From the NCBI GenBank assembly GCA_017646945.1, contig JAGCLN010000300.1, positions 1-24,069 on the forward strand: 24,069 bases of DNA. Reading direction: 5' to 3'. This document shows positions 7,085-15,234 of the stretch, one piece after another. The notes under the pieces were generated by a model. That model was not told the DNA's origin. It ran no database searches and saw only the letters and a program-made list of their open reading frames with translations. The position numbers and the translations under genes were made by a program. Position 1 is the first letter of the stretch. Every line of letters starts with the position of its first letter. The DNA comes from Clostridia bacterium (lineage in GTDB: Bacteria; Bacillota; Clostridia; Christensenellales; Borkfalkiaceae).

Positions 7085-8974
7085 TTATTCAAAATGCTTT
7101 TTAAACAGTTCGCTTGCTATGTAATAGTCAACGCAAGAACGCTTGTTTTCAGGAACGAAATACAAAATCTCTTTTCCTTCGTAAATTTCAAAATCTTCAC
7201 CTGCGCCAAAGAGCAATCTAAATATGTCTTTTAAGGGGAAGAATTTAGTAACTTCCTCGCCGTCACGCGTGCCTTTATAGGTTAAGCCCGTTTTATCAAA
7301 CACGCAAACACCGTCGCCCGACTTTCTCGTACAATGCTTGCCATCTTTTGAAGAGTGCCTAAGTTCTACCTTGCTTTCAAGCTTAAAGGTATCGTCACTA
7401 AGCATTTGCTTTTCCATTTCCGCCTTTTGCCAGTCGTACCACTCGGCAAAGTTGTTAAACGGTTTATTATCAACAAAGCCGTACCTATCGTTAAGCGTTG
7501 CGGTAAAATTACACTTTTGACAAGAAATACTCATCTTGTCCGTTACCATTTGGTACTTAGCGCCACAGGTTGGGCAGGTGGTTAAAATATTTTCTAAGCC
7601 AACCGCAAGCGTTTTTGATTTATAGTGAATTTCAGGCATCGTTTCAAGCCACTTAAACTCATCGTAGTAAAGGGCGGTTTCAATCTTTTGCTTAAACTCT
7701 TCAACGCTTAGCGCCTGAGCTTGCTCTTTGGTTAAAAGCAAATCAAGAGTGGCATTAACTACCGAGCCTTTACGCGCCTTATCGCCCCACTTGGGTTTAG
7801 CAAAATAGTCGCCTTCTAAGTTTACAACGTAGACGGGAACGCCCATCTTTTTAATGAACTTGAAAGTCGATTCCTGTATGCCTTCAAATCTACCTATTGT
7901 AGAAAGCCTTGCTTCCGGCATCATCGCTAAGACTTCGCCGTTTGCTATTACCTTTAAGCAATTGCCCGCGTTTTCAATATCCGATGAGAACATGCTCTTT
8001 GGGAACGCGCCGATTGAACGCAAGAGTTTGCCCACTATTTTATGATAGAAATACAACCTTGCCGCTACGAAATGTGGCCTTTCCTTTTTGAGAATTCGGC
8101 CAGTAAACACAAAGTCTAAGAACGAGCCGTGCGTTGAAAGAACGATTGACGGACGCTCTAACTTGCCAACCTTGTTCACAAGGTTTACCTTCACCTTTCT
8201 ACCAAGCGCGAGTTTAGCGCAAAAATCAGCCGTGTTAAGCACAAAAGCGTTGCACTTTCTAACGCTATTTTTCTTGCGGGATTTCATATAGTCGTTAAGT
8301 TTTTGAAAAAGATAATCTTTCTTTTTGTAAACTATTATTAACAAGATAATTACGGTGATAAACACGCAAAGGGATAAAACCCAACTTGCCGCCCCAGCCA
8401 TATGGCCAAGACCAACGCCTATCGCAACGGACGGTATTGCGCCGAGAACTGTTAAAATTAAGTATTTATGGTATTTCATTCCAAGCGATGCGGCAAAAAT
8501 ACAGATAAGGCCGTAAGGAATTGCCGGAAGAAGATATAAAACGAAGATTATAATTTCCACGCCGTAAGAGTTTTTTGCTTGGTTAAAATCAAAATCGGCG
8601 TTGCACTCGAACCACTCGGTTAAACGGGTTGCGTTCCTTTTGTAAAGGAAATAAATAACCGTGTTGCCCGCCGCAAGACCGATAAGGCAAACTAACCCGC
8701 CTTCTAAGAAGCCGAACATAAGCCCTGAAATAACTTGAACGGGCTCTGCGGGAACGAAAGTTAAAATAACTTGTAGCATTGATAATATAGCAATAGTTAT
8801 ATTGCCCCTTATGCCAAAGCCTTCGTATTCTTCTATATCGAAATCGCCTTTAACAACACTTAAAACAAGTTTAAAGTTCTCGCCGGAAAATAAAAATACG
8901 GCAAGTCCTAAAACTGCAACTGTGAATATTGCTATCGCCAAAATCTTAGATTTTCTGTTTTTAGTTGCTCCCAT
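7085..8974 (-). CDS. Fusion of a TVP38/TMEM64 (VTT, DedA superfamily) membrane domain and a PlsC-like lysophospholipid acyltransferase
   Basis: N-terminal ~225 aa hydrophobic with FVPAEPVQVISGLMFG...G...G and LLPAIPYGLICIFAA...GAIP, typical of VTT proteins. The rest has HX4D (THGSFLD), MPEARLS (acyltransferase block III-like) and CPTCG...CQKC. Single uninterrupted ORF with AAGGAG SD. Confidence 0.75.
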   Translation of the reverse strand: MGATKNRKSKILAIAIFTVAVLGLAVFLFSGENFKLVLSVVKGDFDIEEYEGFGIRGNITIAILSMLQVILTFVPAEPVQVISGLMFGFLEGGLVCLIGLAAGNTVIYFLYKRNATRLTEWFECNADFDFNQAKNSYGVEIIIFVLYLLPAIPYGLICIFAASLGMKYHKYLILTVLGAIPSVAIGVGLGHMAGAASWVLSLCVFITVIILLIIVYKKKDYLFQKLNDYMKSRKKNSVRKCNAFVLNTADFCAKLALGRKVKVNLVNKVGKLERPSIVLSTHGSFLDFVFTGRILKKERPHFVAARLYFYHKIVGKLLRSIGAFPKSMFSSDIENAGNCLKVIANGEVLAMMPEARLSTIGRFEGIQESTFKFIKKMGVPVYVVNLEGDYFAKPKWGDKARKGSVVNATLDLLLTKEQAQALSVEEFKQKIETALYYDEFKWLETMPEIHYKSKTLAVGLENILTTCPTCGAKYQMVTDKMSISCQKCNFTATLNDRYGFVDNKPFNNFAEWYDWQKAEMEKQMLSDDTFKLESKVELRHSSKDGKHCTRKSGDGVCVFDKTGLTYKGTRDGEEVTKFFPLKDIFRLLFGAGEDFEIYEGKEILYFVPENKRSCVDYYIASELFKKHFE

Positions 8975-9005
8975 CGGCGCTCCTTTTAAACTTAAACTAA
9001 ACTTA

Positions 9006-9034
9006 ATTATACTCCTTATTTAACAATAAGTCAA
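9006..9034 (-). promoter_or_regulatory. Sigma-A promoter of the fusion gene
   Basis: TTGACT-17 nt-TATAAT. Confidence 0.8.
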
Positions 9035-9075
9035 ACGATAACAAATTTTCCCCTTGTTTTGTGCGTTTGCAAAAT

Positions 9076-9105
9076 AAAAAAAAGGATAAATTGATTACCC
9101 TTTTT
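9076..9105 (-). terminator. Probable intrinsic terminator after the GH2 gene
   Basis: Minus strand AAAAGGGTAA-TCAAT-TTATCCTTTTTTTT; weak stem with one G-U pair but a long U-tract. Confidence 0.6.
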
Positions 9106-9109
9106 ATTA

Positions 9110-10837
9110 TCATTTAAATTTACTATTGAAAGATTTATACACTTCTTTGTTCGTTTTGATAATGGTTTCTTTACTGATTTTTAAAACTCTATCAAAGGTG
9201 AACAAGCCGTTGATTTCATCTTCAATATCGGTAAGTTGGGTGTAAACGGTGGCGGAAAGACCGCTTTTTTCTATTTCTCTTATGATTTGGGTTTTATAAA
9301 GTTTGGCGTAAGCGTTCTCAAAGTCGCTTGCGTTTTTAAACATTTTGTAGCCGAACTTTTTATCGGTAAATAAATGCTCTATAACGGGCAAACTGTAACC
9401 GCCGAACTCAGTAAGGGCTAAAATTCTTTTTTTATCGTTTTTAAGGCGAACTTTTCTAAAATAGATATGGCGACTTAATAAATCACCACCGCCCTTATCC
9501 TGCCAACCACTTGCGTGGTCGTAAAGCCTTGAAGAATCGCGCTTTCTTAAAATTTCAGTAACTTCAACCGCGTCAAACTGACCCCACGCTTCATTAAAAG
9601 GGGTATAAAGGCAAAGGGAAACGCAGTTGTATAAGGTATCTTGAAGGGCAAACGCTTCTTTATAGTATTGCTCGCGTGATTTAGCGCGCCTACCCATTTT
9701 TTTGTAGTTTTTATCGTTTATGTGAAGGTTGATAAAGGGGGCAAGGATTATTCTATGCGCCTTGTATTTCCCACCGCCGTTAATCATATCTTGCCATACT
9801 AAAACGCCTAAAATATCGCAGTAATAGTACCAAAGTAACGGCTCTACCTTTATATGCTTTCTAAGCATATTAAAACCAAGGTCTTTAACGGCTTTAATTT
9901 CTTTAAACATCGCTTCGTTGGTCTTGGGCGTAAGCATACCCTTTTCGTAATAGCCTTGGTCAAGCAAGCCGTTATGGAAAATGGGCTCGTTGTTTAAAGC
10001 GAAAAGTTTATATCCGTTTTTCTCTATCATTGAGAATTTTCTAAGCCCAAAGTAACTTTCAACCCTATCGCTGTTAAAGGTGAGAATTACTCTATATAAT
10101 TCCGGACAGTCAACCGACCACGGCTTGCACGCCGAAACGTCTAACAAAAGGGAGTTTTCGTTAGACGTTTCGGTTGTAATAACTTCTTCACCATCCATAA
10201 CGGTAACGGTAAAATCGCCGTAACCAACCTTTTTTGGCGTTACTAAAAGTTTTTTATTGTCAAAATCAACGTCAAACTTAACGGACTCTAAGTAAGAGTT
10301 TGGAACGCTCTCTAAAAAAACCGATTGCCAAATACCACTCGTTGCTTTATACCAAATTCCACCGTTTTTATAAACTTGCTTACCCCTACCGTAGATATCG
10401 CTACTCGCATCGTCTTTAACTTCTACGGTTAAAAGGTTCTCTTCGCCGTTTAAAAGGGAAGTTATATCGAAAGTGAACGGATTATAACCACCTGCGTTTT
10501 CGCCTGCTAAACAGCCGTTTACGAACACTTTGCAAACTTGGTCAACCGCGCCAAAGTTTAATAAAACTTTGCCTACGTTAAAATCACTTGGCAAGGTAAA
10601 GGTTTTATTGTATATTAAAGTATCGTTCCCCTTAACTTGTTGCAACACGCCGGACAAATCGCATTCCGGCGAATAAGGAACGTTTATTTTACCGCTTATA
10701 ACCGCGCCGTTCTCTTTTGCAAGCATAAAATCCCAAAGCCCGTTAAGAGAAAGGTAACTATCGCGCCTAAACTGTGGGCGCGGATATTCCGCAAGCGGAA
10801 CGGTATTTTGTTTTTCAAAATAAGGTTTTAGTATCAT
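9110..10837 (-). CDS. Glycoside hydrolase family 2 (beta-galactosidase/beta-glucuronidase-like), cytoplasmic; substrate not assignable
   Basis: YPRPQFRR..SLNGLWDF N-terminus, LNFGAVD, SGIWQSVFLE, LDQGYY, GFNMLRKHIKVEP, FNEAWGQF (acid/base Glu), LTEFGG (nucleophile Glu); no signal peptide. Confidence 0.88.
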   Translation of the reverse strand: MILKPYFEKQNTVPLAEYPRPQFRRDSYLSLNGLWDFMLAKENGAVISGKINVPYSPECDLSGVLQQVKGNDTLIYNKTFTLPSDFNVGKVLLNFGAVDQVCKVFVNGCLAGENAGGYNPFTFDITSLLNGEENLLTVEVKDDASSDIYGRGKQVYKNGGIWYKATSGIWQSVFLESVPNSYLESVKFDVDFDNKKLLVTPKKVGYGDFTVTVMDGEEVITTETSNENSLLLDVSACKPWSVDCPELYRVILTFNSDRVESYFGLRKFSMIEKNGYKLFALNNEPIFHNGLLDQGYYEKGMLTPKTNEAMFKEIKAVKDLGFNMLRKHIKVEPLLWYYYCDILGVLVWQDMINGGGKYKAHRIILAPFINLHINDKNYKKMGRRAKSREQYYKEAFALQDTLYNCVSLCLYTPFNEAWGQFDAVEVTEILRKRDSSRLYDHASGWQDKGGGDLLSRHIYFRKVRLKNDKKRILALTEFGGYSLPVIEHLFTDKKFGYKMFKNASDFENAYAKLYKTQIIREIEKSGLSATVYTQLTDIEDEINGLFTFDRVLKISKETIIKTNKEVYKSFNSKFK

Positions 10838-10844
10838 AGATACT

Positions 10845-10873
10845 ATTATATATGCTTTTTAAAGTTTTGTAAA
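10845..10873 (-). promoter_or_regulatory. Sigma-A promoter giving a probable leaderless GH2 mRNA
   Basis: TTTACA-17 nt-TATAAT, then 7 nt (AGTATCT) to the ATG; no SD. Confidence 0.7.
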
Positions 10874-10890
10874 GAACAAAGATTACAAAT

Positions 10891-10923
10891 AAAAACTCTC
10901 TCAACGATATTTGAGAGAGTTTT
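10891..10923 (-). terminator. Intrinsic terminator of the prs transcript
   Basis: AAAACTCTCTCAA-6 nt-TTGAGAGAGTTTT perfect stem, followed on the minus strand by TATTT. Confidence 0.8.
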
Positions 10924-10952
10924 AAAACAAGTTAAAGTTTTATAAACGAGAG

Positions 10953-11080
10953 TTTTTAGACCTTAGAAGCAAGCAGAACAAGGCTCGCAAAGATTGCAAG
11001 ATGAGATAGACCTTTTTGGTCATCGAAGTTTGCAATCAAAGCAGTAAACGCAGTTATGCACCGCTTATAAGGGATAAAAA
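10953..11080. other. Long imperfect hairpin (~128 nt) in the prs 3' region
   Basis: Minus strand pairings TTTTTA/TAAAAA, CCTTA/TAAGG, AAGC/GCTT, GG/TT wobble, GCA/TGC, AAC/GTT, a loose central region, GATTGCAA/TTGCAATC, GATGA/TCATC, ACC-AAAAA-GGT. Confidence 0.45.
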
Positions 11081-12034
11081 TTAGTAATTGTTGTAAATGT
11101 CTGACATCTTCTTATCTTGATATACGTTTTCAATGGCTAAGGCGAAGAGTTTAGCTGCGGATAAAACTTCAATTTTATCAATCTTCTTTTCTTCGGGAAG
11201 CGCAACGGTATCAAGAACTACGAGCTTAGTGATGTGCGAATTCTTAATTCTATCTATTGCAGGACCGCTAAATACGGCGTGTGAACAGCAAGCGTAAATT
11301 TCTTTAGCGCCGTTTTTGTAAAGGGCTTCTGCGCCTTGAACGATAGTACCTGCGGTATCAATCATATCGTCTACCATCAAGCACTTTTTACCTTTGATGT
11401 CACCAATGATATTCATTACTTCAAGTTGGTTTGCTTTGGGACGGCGCTTATCGATAATAGCCATTGAGCAACCAAGTTTTGCAGCAACGTTTCTCGCTCT
11501 CGTAACAGAACCAACGTCAGGCGATACAACAACGAAATCATCATCAACTTTATCTTGGAAATATCTAAAGAGAAGGGGGCCACCAACTAAGTGGTCAACG
11601 GGAATATTGAAGAAACCTTGAATTTGAAGCGCGTGAAGGTCCATCGTCAATACTCTATCAGCGCCTGCGGTTTGAATAAGGTCTGCTACAAGTTTAGCGG
11701 TAATCGGGTCTCTCGGTCTTGCTTTTCTATCTTGGCGAGCATATCCAAAATAAGGAATTACCGCCGTGATACGGCCTGCAGATGCACGCTTAACCGCGTC
11801 AATCATAACAAGCATTTCCATTAAGTTATCGTTTACGGGTTGGCAAGTAGATTGAATAATAAATACGTCTCTACCTCTAACCGTTTCGCCAAGATGAACA
11901 TTTATTTCACCGTCACTAAAACGACCAACTTCCGCATTAGCAAGGTCCATTCTGAGTTCTTTTGCAATCGCCTCAGCCAAGTCCCTATTCGAGTTACCAG
12001 CAAAGAGTTTAATCTCTGTTCCGTGTGTTATCAT
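11081..12034 (-). CDS. prs: Ribose-phosphate pyrophosphokinase (PRPP synthetase)
   Basis: FSDGEINV, PYFGYARQDRK, DLHALQIQGFF, VVSPDVG, VDDMIDTAGT; GGAGG SD. Confidence 0.97.
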   Translation of the reverse strand: MITHGTEIKLFAGNSNRDLAEAIAKELRMDLANAEVGRFSDGEINVHLGETVRGRDVFIIQSTCQPVNDNLMEMLVMIDAVKRASAGRITAVIPYFGYARQDRKARPRDPITAKLVADLIQTAGADRVLTMDLHALQIQGFFNIPVDHLVGGPLLFRYFQDKVDDDFVVVSPDVGSVTRARNVAAKLGCSMAIIDKRRPKANQLEVMNIIGDIKGKKCLMVDDMIDTAGTIVQGAEALYKNGAKEIYACCSHAVFSGPAIDRIKNSHITKLVVLDTVALPEEKKIDKIEVLSAAKLFALAIENVYQDKKMSDIYNNY

Positions 12035-12082
12035 AACCCCTCCGTAAAAACATAAAATTTATAGGCAATTTAGCCTATATAT

Positions 12083-12111
12083 ATTGTATAAAATAATCGA
12101 CTTAAAGTCAA
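12083..12111 (-). promoter_or_regulatory. Sigma-A promoter of prs
   Basis: TTGACT-17 nt-TACAAT. Confidence 0.75.
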
Positions 12112-12127
12112 TCAAAATATATCCTTT

Positions 12128-12583
12128 TTAAACTTTTCTTTTATCCAAAAAGAACTCTTTTAACAGGTCGCTACACTCTTTTTCTAAGATACCGCCTTCC
12201 GCATCGGTAACGTGATTTAACCCACCTTTGAAAAGTAACCTAAAATTGCTAAACACCGCTCCACTCTTTTTCTCAAACGCACCGAAATACACCTTTTTTA
12301 TCCTTGCGTTCACGATTGCACCGGCACACATAGGACAAGGCTCTAAGGAAACGTACATCTCCGCCCCGTCAAGTCGCCAGTCGCCAAGTTTCTTGCAAGC
12401 GTCTTCTATCGCCAAGATTTCGGCGTGGGCGGTTGCCATACCCTTTTGGTTTCTCATATTAAAGGCGGAAGATAGAACTTCGCCGTCCTTTACGATAACC
12501 GCGCCGATAGGAACTTCGCCGAGTTCCCCCGCCTTTCTCGCTAAATCGAGCGCCATTTTCATATAGTAAAATTTATCTTTCAT
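12128..12583 (-). CDS. tadA: tRNA adenosine(34) deaminase
   Basis: GEVPIGAVIV, AHAEILAI, LEPCPMCAGAI, RIKKVYFGA; ATGA overlap with rlmH. Confidence 0.9.
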   Translation of the reverse strand: MKDKFYYMKMALDLARKAGELGEVPIGAVIVKDGEVLSSAFNMRNQKGMATAHAEILAIEDACKKLGDWRLDGAEMYVSLEPCPMCAGAIVNARIKKVYFGAFEKKSGAVFSNFRLLFKGGLNHVTDAEGGILEKECSDLLKEFFLDKRKV

Positions 12584-13053
12584 TTGTGGTACTTCCCGTC
12601 TTCAAGTATTGTGAACGCGCGGTAAATTTGCTCGGCTAACATAACTCTAAATAAAGTGTGCGGAAAAGTCATATCCGAAACGGACAAAAGTTCGTCTGCC
12701 TTAGCCTTAACAAAATCCGCTATACCGTACGAACCGCCGATAACGAAGGTTATCTCGCCGTACTTATCTTTGAGCGTTTTAAGGTGCGACGCAAGCGATA
12801 AAGAAGAAGTTTTTTTGCCTTCTATTGCTAAAGCAATAACGTAGCCTTTTAACGCTTTTAAAATATCTTCGCCTTCACGCTTTAATATCTCTTGAATTTC
12901 GCCTTGGGTAGGCTCGTTCACAATGTTTTTTTCCTTAACTTCGGTAACGGTTATTTTGGCGTAGCGCGAAAGCCTTTTAACGTATTCGTTAAAACCGCTT
13001 TCAAAGTAATTTTCTTTAATTTTGCCTACTGCAACGATATTGATTTTTACCAT
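12580..13053 (-). CDS. rlmH: 23S rRNA pseudouridine-1915 N3-methyltransferase (start reassigned to MVKINIV)
   Basis: IVAVGKIKE, EYVKRLSRYA, FVIGGSYG, LSVSDMTFPHTLFRVMLAEQIYRAF, GKYHK; the ATG at 13053 overlaps the upstream stop as TAATG. Confidence 0.93.
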   Translation of the reverse strand: MVKINIVAVGKIKENYFESGFNEYVKRLSRYAKITVTEVKEKNIVNEPTQGEIQEILKREGEDILKALKGYVIALAIEGKKTSSLSLASHLKTLKDKYGEITFVIGGSYGIADFVKAKADELLSVSDMTFPHTLFRVMLAEQIYRAFTILEDGKYHK

Positions 13054-13970
13054 TACGCCACAAGCCCCGCTATCCACATAACTATCGCTACTACTATGCC
13101 TATCGCCGAGCCGAGTAAGAACTTTAACCTAAGTTCGCCTTTGTTAACGGTGTTATCTTCAGGCTTGTCCCCTTTAACAACGAGATAAACTATGCCTAAA
13201 ACGAGCGAAACTAATGCTATCGGCGTTACGATATAAAAAGCAACGCCCGATAACTTTATGCCGAAATAATAATAGTTTAAAATTAGGTATAAGTTGTTTA
13301 CAAAGTGCATTGCTATACAGTAAAGCAAATTCTTGCTATAAAGTATAACGAGCGCGTAGATACAGCCTACTACAAACTGATACGCCGTTTGCGCCGGCGA
13401 CATATGGAATATGGAAAACAACACGCCCGAAAGTATTATTGCAAACCCCGTTCCCGTATGTTTAAGACCGTTAAAAACCAAACCCCTAAACAAGATTTCT
13501 TCAACTACCGAAGGAATTAAGCAAATAAAGATTATACTCGCCAACACACCGCCGAAAGTTTTTGCAGGAACCGTGGGCGCGGTAATCGTTGCGCCGAACT
13601 TTGATAACGCGGTAACGAAAAGGGTGTTAAGTTCCGCCAAGCCGAACATTAAACCAAAGCCGATGAGCGCGGTAGAAATTAGTGAAACTTTGCTTTTTGA
13701 GTAGAAATTGATTGACTTTATCGGCGAAACGCCTTTTTTACGGCGCAAAATACCGATTGCAAGCAAAATTGCAATCGGGCCGATAAGATAATTTAATATG
13801 ATAACGAAGTCCTTTTTTAAAAGTTCTTCCGCATTGCCTAAAAGAGAAAGGGCGATTGAGAATATTATCGTTACAAGCAAAACCGCAACTATTGAAAAAG
13901 AGTATAAAACCCCGCCTTCTTCAGCGGAAAGATTAACGAGTTTTGCATTTTTGTTATATCGCGTATCCAT
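13053..13970 (-). CDS. CPBP family (Abi/CAAX type II) intramembrane metalloprotease (start reassigned to MDTRYN)
   Basis: Multi-pass hydrophobic protein with EEILFRG, FSIFH and MHFVNN motifs. The track's TTG start lies inside the promoter; the ATG at 13970 is 6 nt after the -10 box. Confidence 0.85.
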   Translation of the reverse strand: MDTRYNKNAKLVNLSAEEGGVLYSFSIVAVLLVTIIFSIALSLLGNAEELLKKDFVIILNYLIGPIAILLAIGILRRKKGVSPIKSINFYSKSKVSLISTALIGFGLMFGLAELNTLFVTALSKFGATITAPTVPAKTFGGVLASIIFICLIPSVVEEILFRGLVFNGLKHTGTGFAIILSGVLFSIFHMSPAQTAYQFVVGCIYALVILYSKNLLYCIAMHFVNNLYLILNYYYFGIKLSGVAFYIVTPIALVSLVLGIVYLVVKGDKPEDNTVNKGELRLKFLLGSAIGIVVAIVMWIAGLVA

Positions 13971-13976
13971 ATATAT

Positions 13977-14005
13977 ATAATAACTCAATCAAACGTATTT
14001 TTCAA
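13977..14005 (-). promoter_or_regulatory. Sigma-A promoter giving a probable leaderless CPBP-rlmH-tadA mRNA
   Basis: TTGAAA-17 nt-TATTAT-ATATAT-ATG; no SD. Confidence 0.6.
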
Positions 14006-14006
14006 G

Positions 14007-14312
14007 TCAATCGTCGCAAAAACCGTCTTCTTTTTCTTCGCAAGTAAGTTCACAGCACGGCGGTGGCTTAATTTCTTCTCTCGGTCGCTTTAAAAATTCA
14101 ACCAAGATAGCGTCATCGCCGATTTTGATAACGGAATGAAAGGGAATTTCAACGCTTTCGCACGAAAGAAAACCACTCTTTCTTCCGCTTGATATAATCT
14201 TTTCTATCTTACCGCTTTTCTTAGCGAAAACTAAATCGGTGGGTTTTCCTAAATTACTGCCGGTTGATATATCTAAAACTTCTTTCTTTTTTAATTCATT
14301 AAAACTTATCAT
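14007..14312 (-). CDS. YlmC/YmxH family sporulation protein (PRC-barrel)
   Basis: FNELKKKEVLDISTGSNLG...DLVF...GKIEKII...IPFHSVIKIGDDAILV matches the family pattern; Cys/acidic tail. Confidence 0.85.
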   Translation of the reverse strand: MISFNELKKKEVLDISTGSNLGKPTDLVFAKKSGKIEKIISSGRKSGFLSCESVEIPFHSVIKIGDDAILVEFLKRPREEIKPPPCCELTCEEKEDGFCDD

Positions 14313-14317
14313 AGTAA

Positions 14318-14346
14318 AATATATGATAAATTTTGCCGTAATATAA
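14318..14346 (-). promoter_or_regulatory. Sigma-E-like (mother-cell sporulation) promoter, leaderless
   Basis: TTATATT-14 nt-CATATATT resembles the B. subtilis sigma-E consensus (ATa..-N14-CATAcaHT); ATG 5 nt downstream; no SD. Confidence 0.6.
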
Positions 14347-14347
14347 C

Positions 14348-14376
14348 AAAAAACCGCTTCTTTCGAAGCGGTTTTT
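14348..14376 (-). terminator. Intrinsic terminator after the HExxH membrane protein gene
   Basis: Minus strand AAAAACCGCTTC-GAAA-GAAGCGGTTTTTT. Confidence 0.9.
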
Positions 14377-14381
14377 ATCTT

Positions 14382-15215
14382 TTATCTAATATGAAAAATC
14401 TTTTTAATTAAAAGGAAAGAGCCTTTTATAATAAAGCCCACCACCAAACACATCGCCGATAAAACGAGCGCGAGTATCAAGGTGGAAATTAAAAAACTTT
14501 CAAGGTTACTAACAACGCCTAAGAACACGTCGTAAACGCCAAAAGGTATTAAGCCTATAACGAGATTTACCGCTAAAATTATAATTACCATTAAGGGTAT
14601 AGCAACGAGCGAGCCTTTAATATCAGCGCCACTTAAATTCATGTGGATAGCAATGCAAAGGCTAACGAACATAAACACCCACCACGGCCAACCGATAGAA
14701 ATTTCAGCGAACAACGCTTTCATCATACCTGCAAAAAGCCTAAAAGAATAGCCGAGCAAGTTCACGTCTGCAAGGTTGCCGTTAAAGGTTGCAAGGTCGG
14801 TAAAGTACGCGCTCATTTCCGCATAGGTTGCAGGAAGGAAAATAAGCATACCCAAATAGATAATTAAAGTGCCTACTGCGATAGGCGCAACGCCTATAAA
14901 ATAATTACCTATTTGTTGCCAAACGTTTTTCCTATTCCAAGAATGGCTTACGTAACCCAAAACCCCATCGTCATCGTTGATTTGGAAGAACTTAACCTTT
15001 TCTACCTTATGCATAAACAATAAGCACATAAGAAGGTGGCTTAATTCGTGAATAGGCGTTCCAAAAAGCCCCGTACCGTAAACAACGAGTTTACTGTAAT
15101 TGAACATTTTATAAAAAACCCTATTTATAATTGAAATTATAAAACCAACGAGATATACCGCGCCGATAAAAATACCGACTTGCCATAAAACGTTCTTTAA
15201 AATATCTACGAACAT
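14382..15215 (-). CDS. Membrane protein with an HExxH motif; putative M50/M50B-like zinc metallopeptidase
   Basis: GTPIHELSH next to a TM segment, GYVSH, FIGVAPI, and later MNLSGAD that may supply a third Zn ligand; several hydrophobic helices; AAAGGA SD. Confidence 0.6.
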   Translation of the reverse strand: MFVDILKNVLWQVGIFIGAVYLVGFIISIINRVFYKMFNYSKLVVYGTGLFGTPIHELSHLLMCLLFMHKVEKVKFFQINDDDGVLGYVSHSWNRKNVWQQIGNYFIGVAPIAVGTLIIYLGMLIFLPATYAEMSAYFTDLATFNGNLADVNLLGYSFRLFAGMMKALFAEISIGWPWWVFMFVSLCIAIHMNLSGADIKGSLVAIPLMVIIILAVNLVIGLIPFGVYDVFLGVVSNLESFLISTLILALVLSAMCLVVGFIIKGSFLLIKKIFHIR

Positions 15216-15234
15216 AATTTATCCTTTGAAAATA

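Noticed and set aside
10940-11023. 27-aa basic/hydrophobic minus-strand ORF (MTKKVYLILQSLRALFCLLLRSKNSRL) inside the prs 3' hairpin, considered as a type I toxin
   Set aside because: No SD or -10 box before the ATG, polar and charged residues interrupt the hydrophobic stretch, and no antisense promoter is evident.
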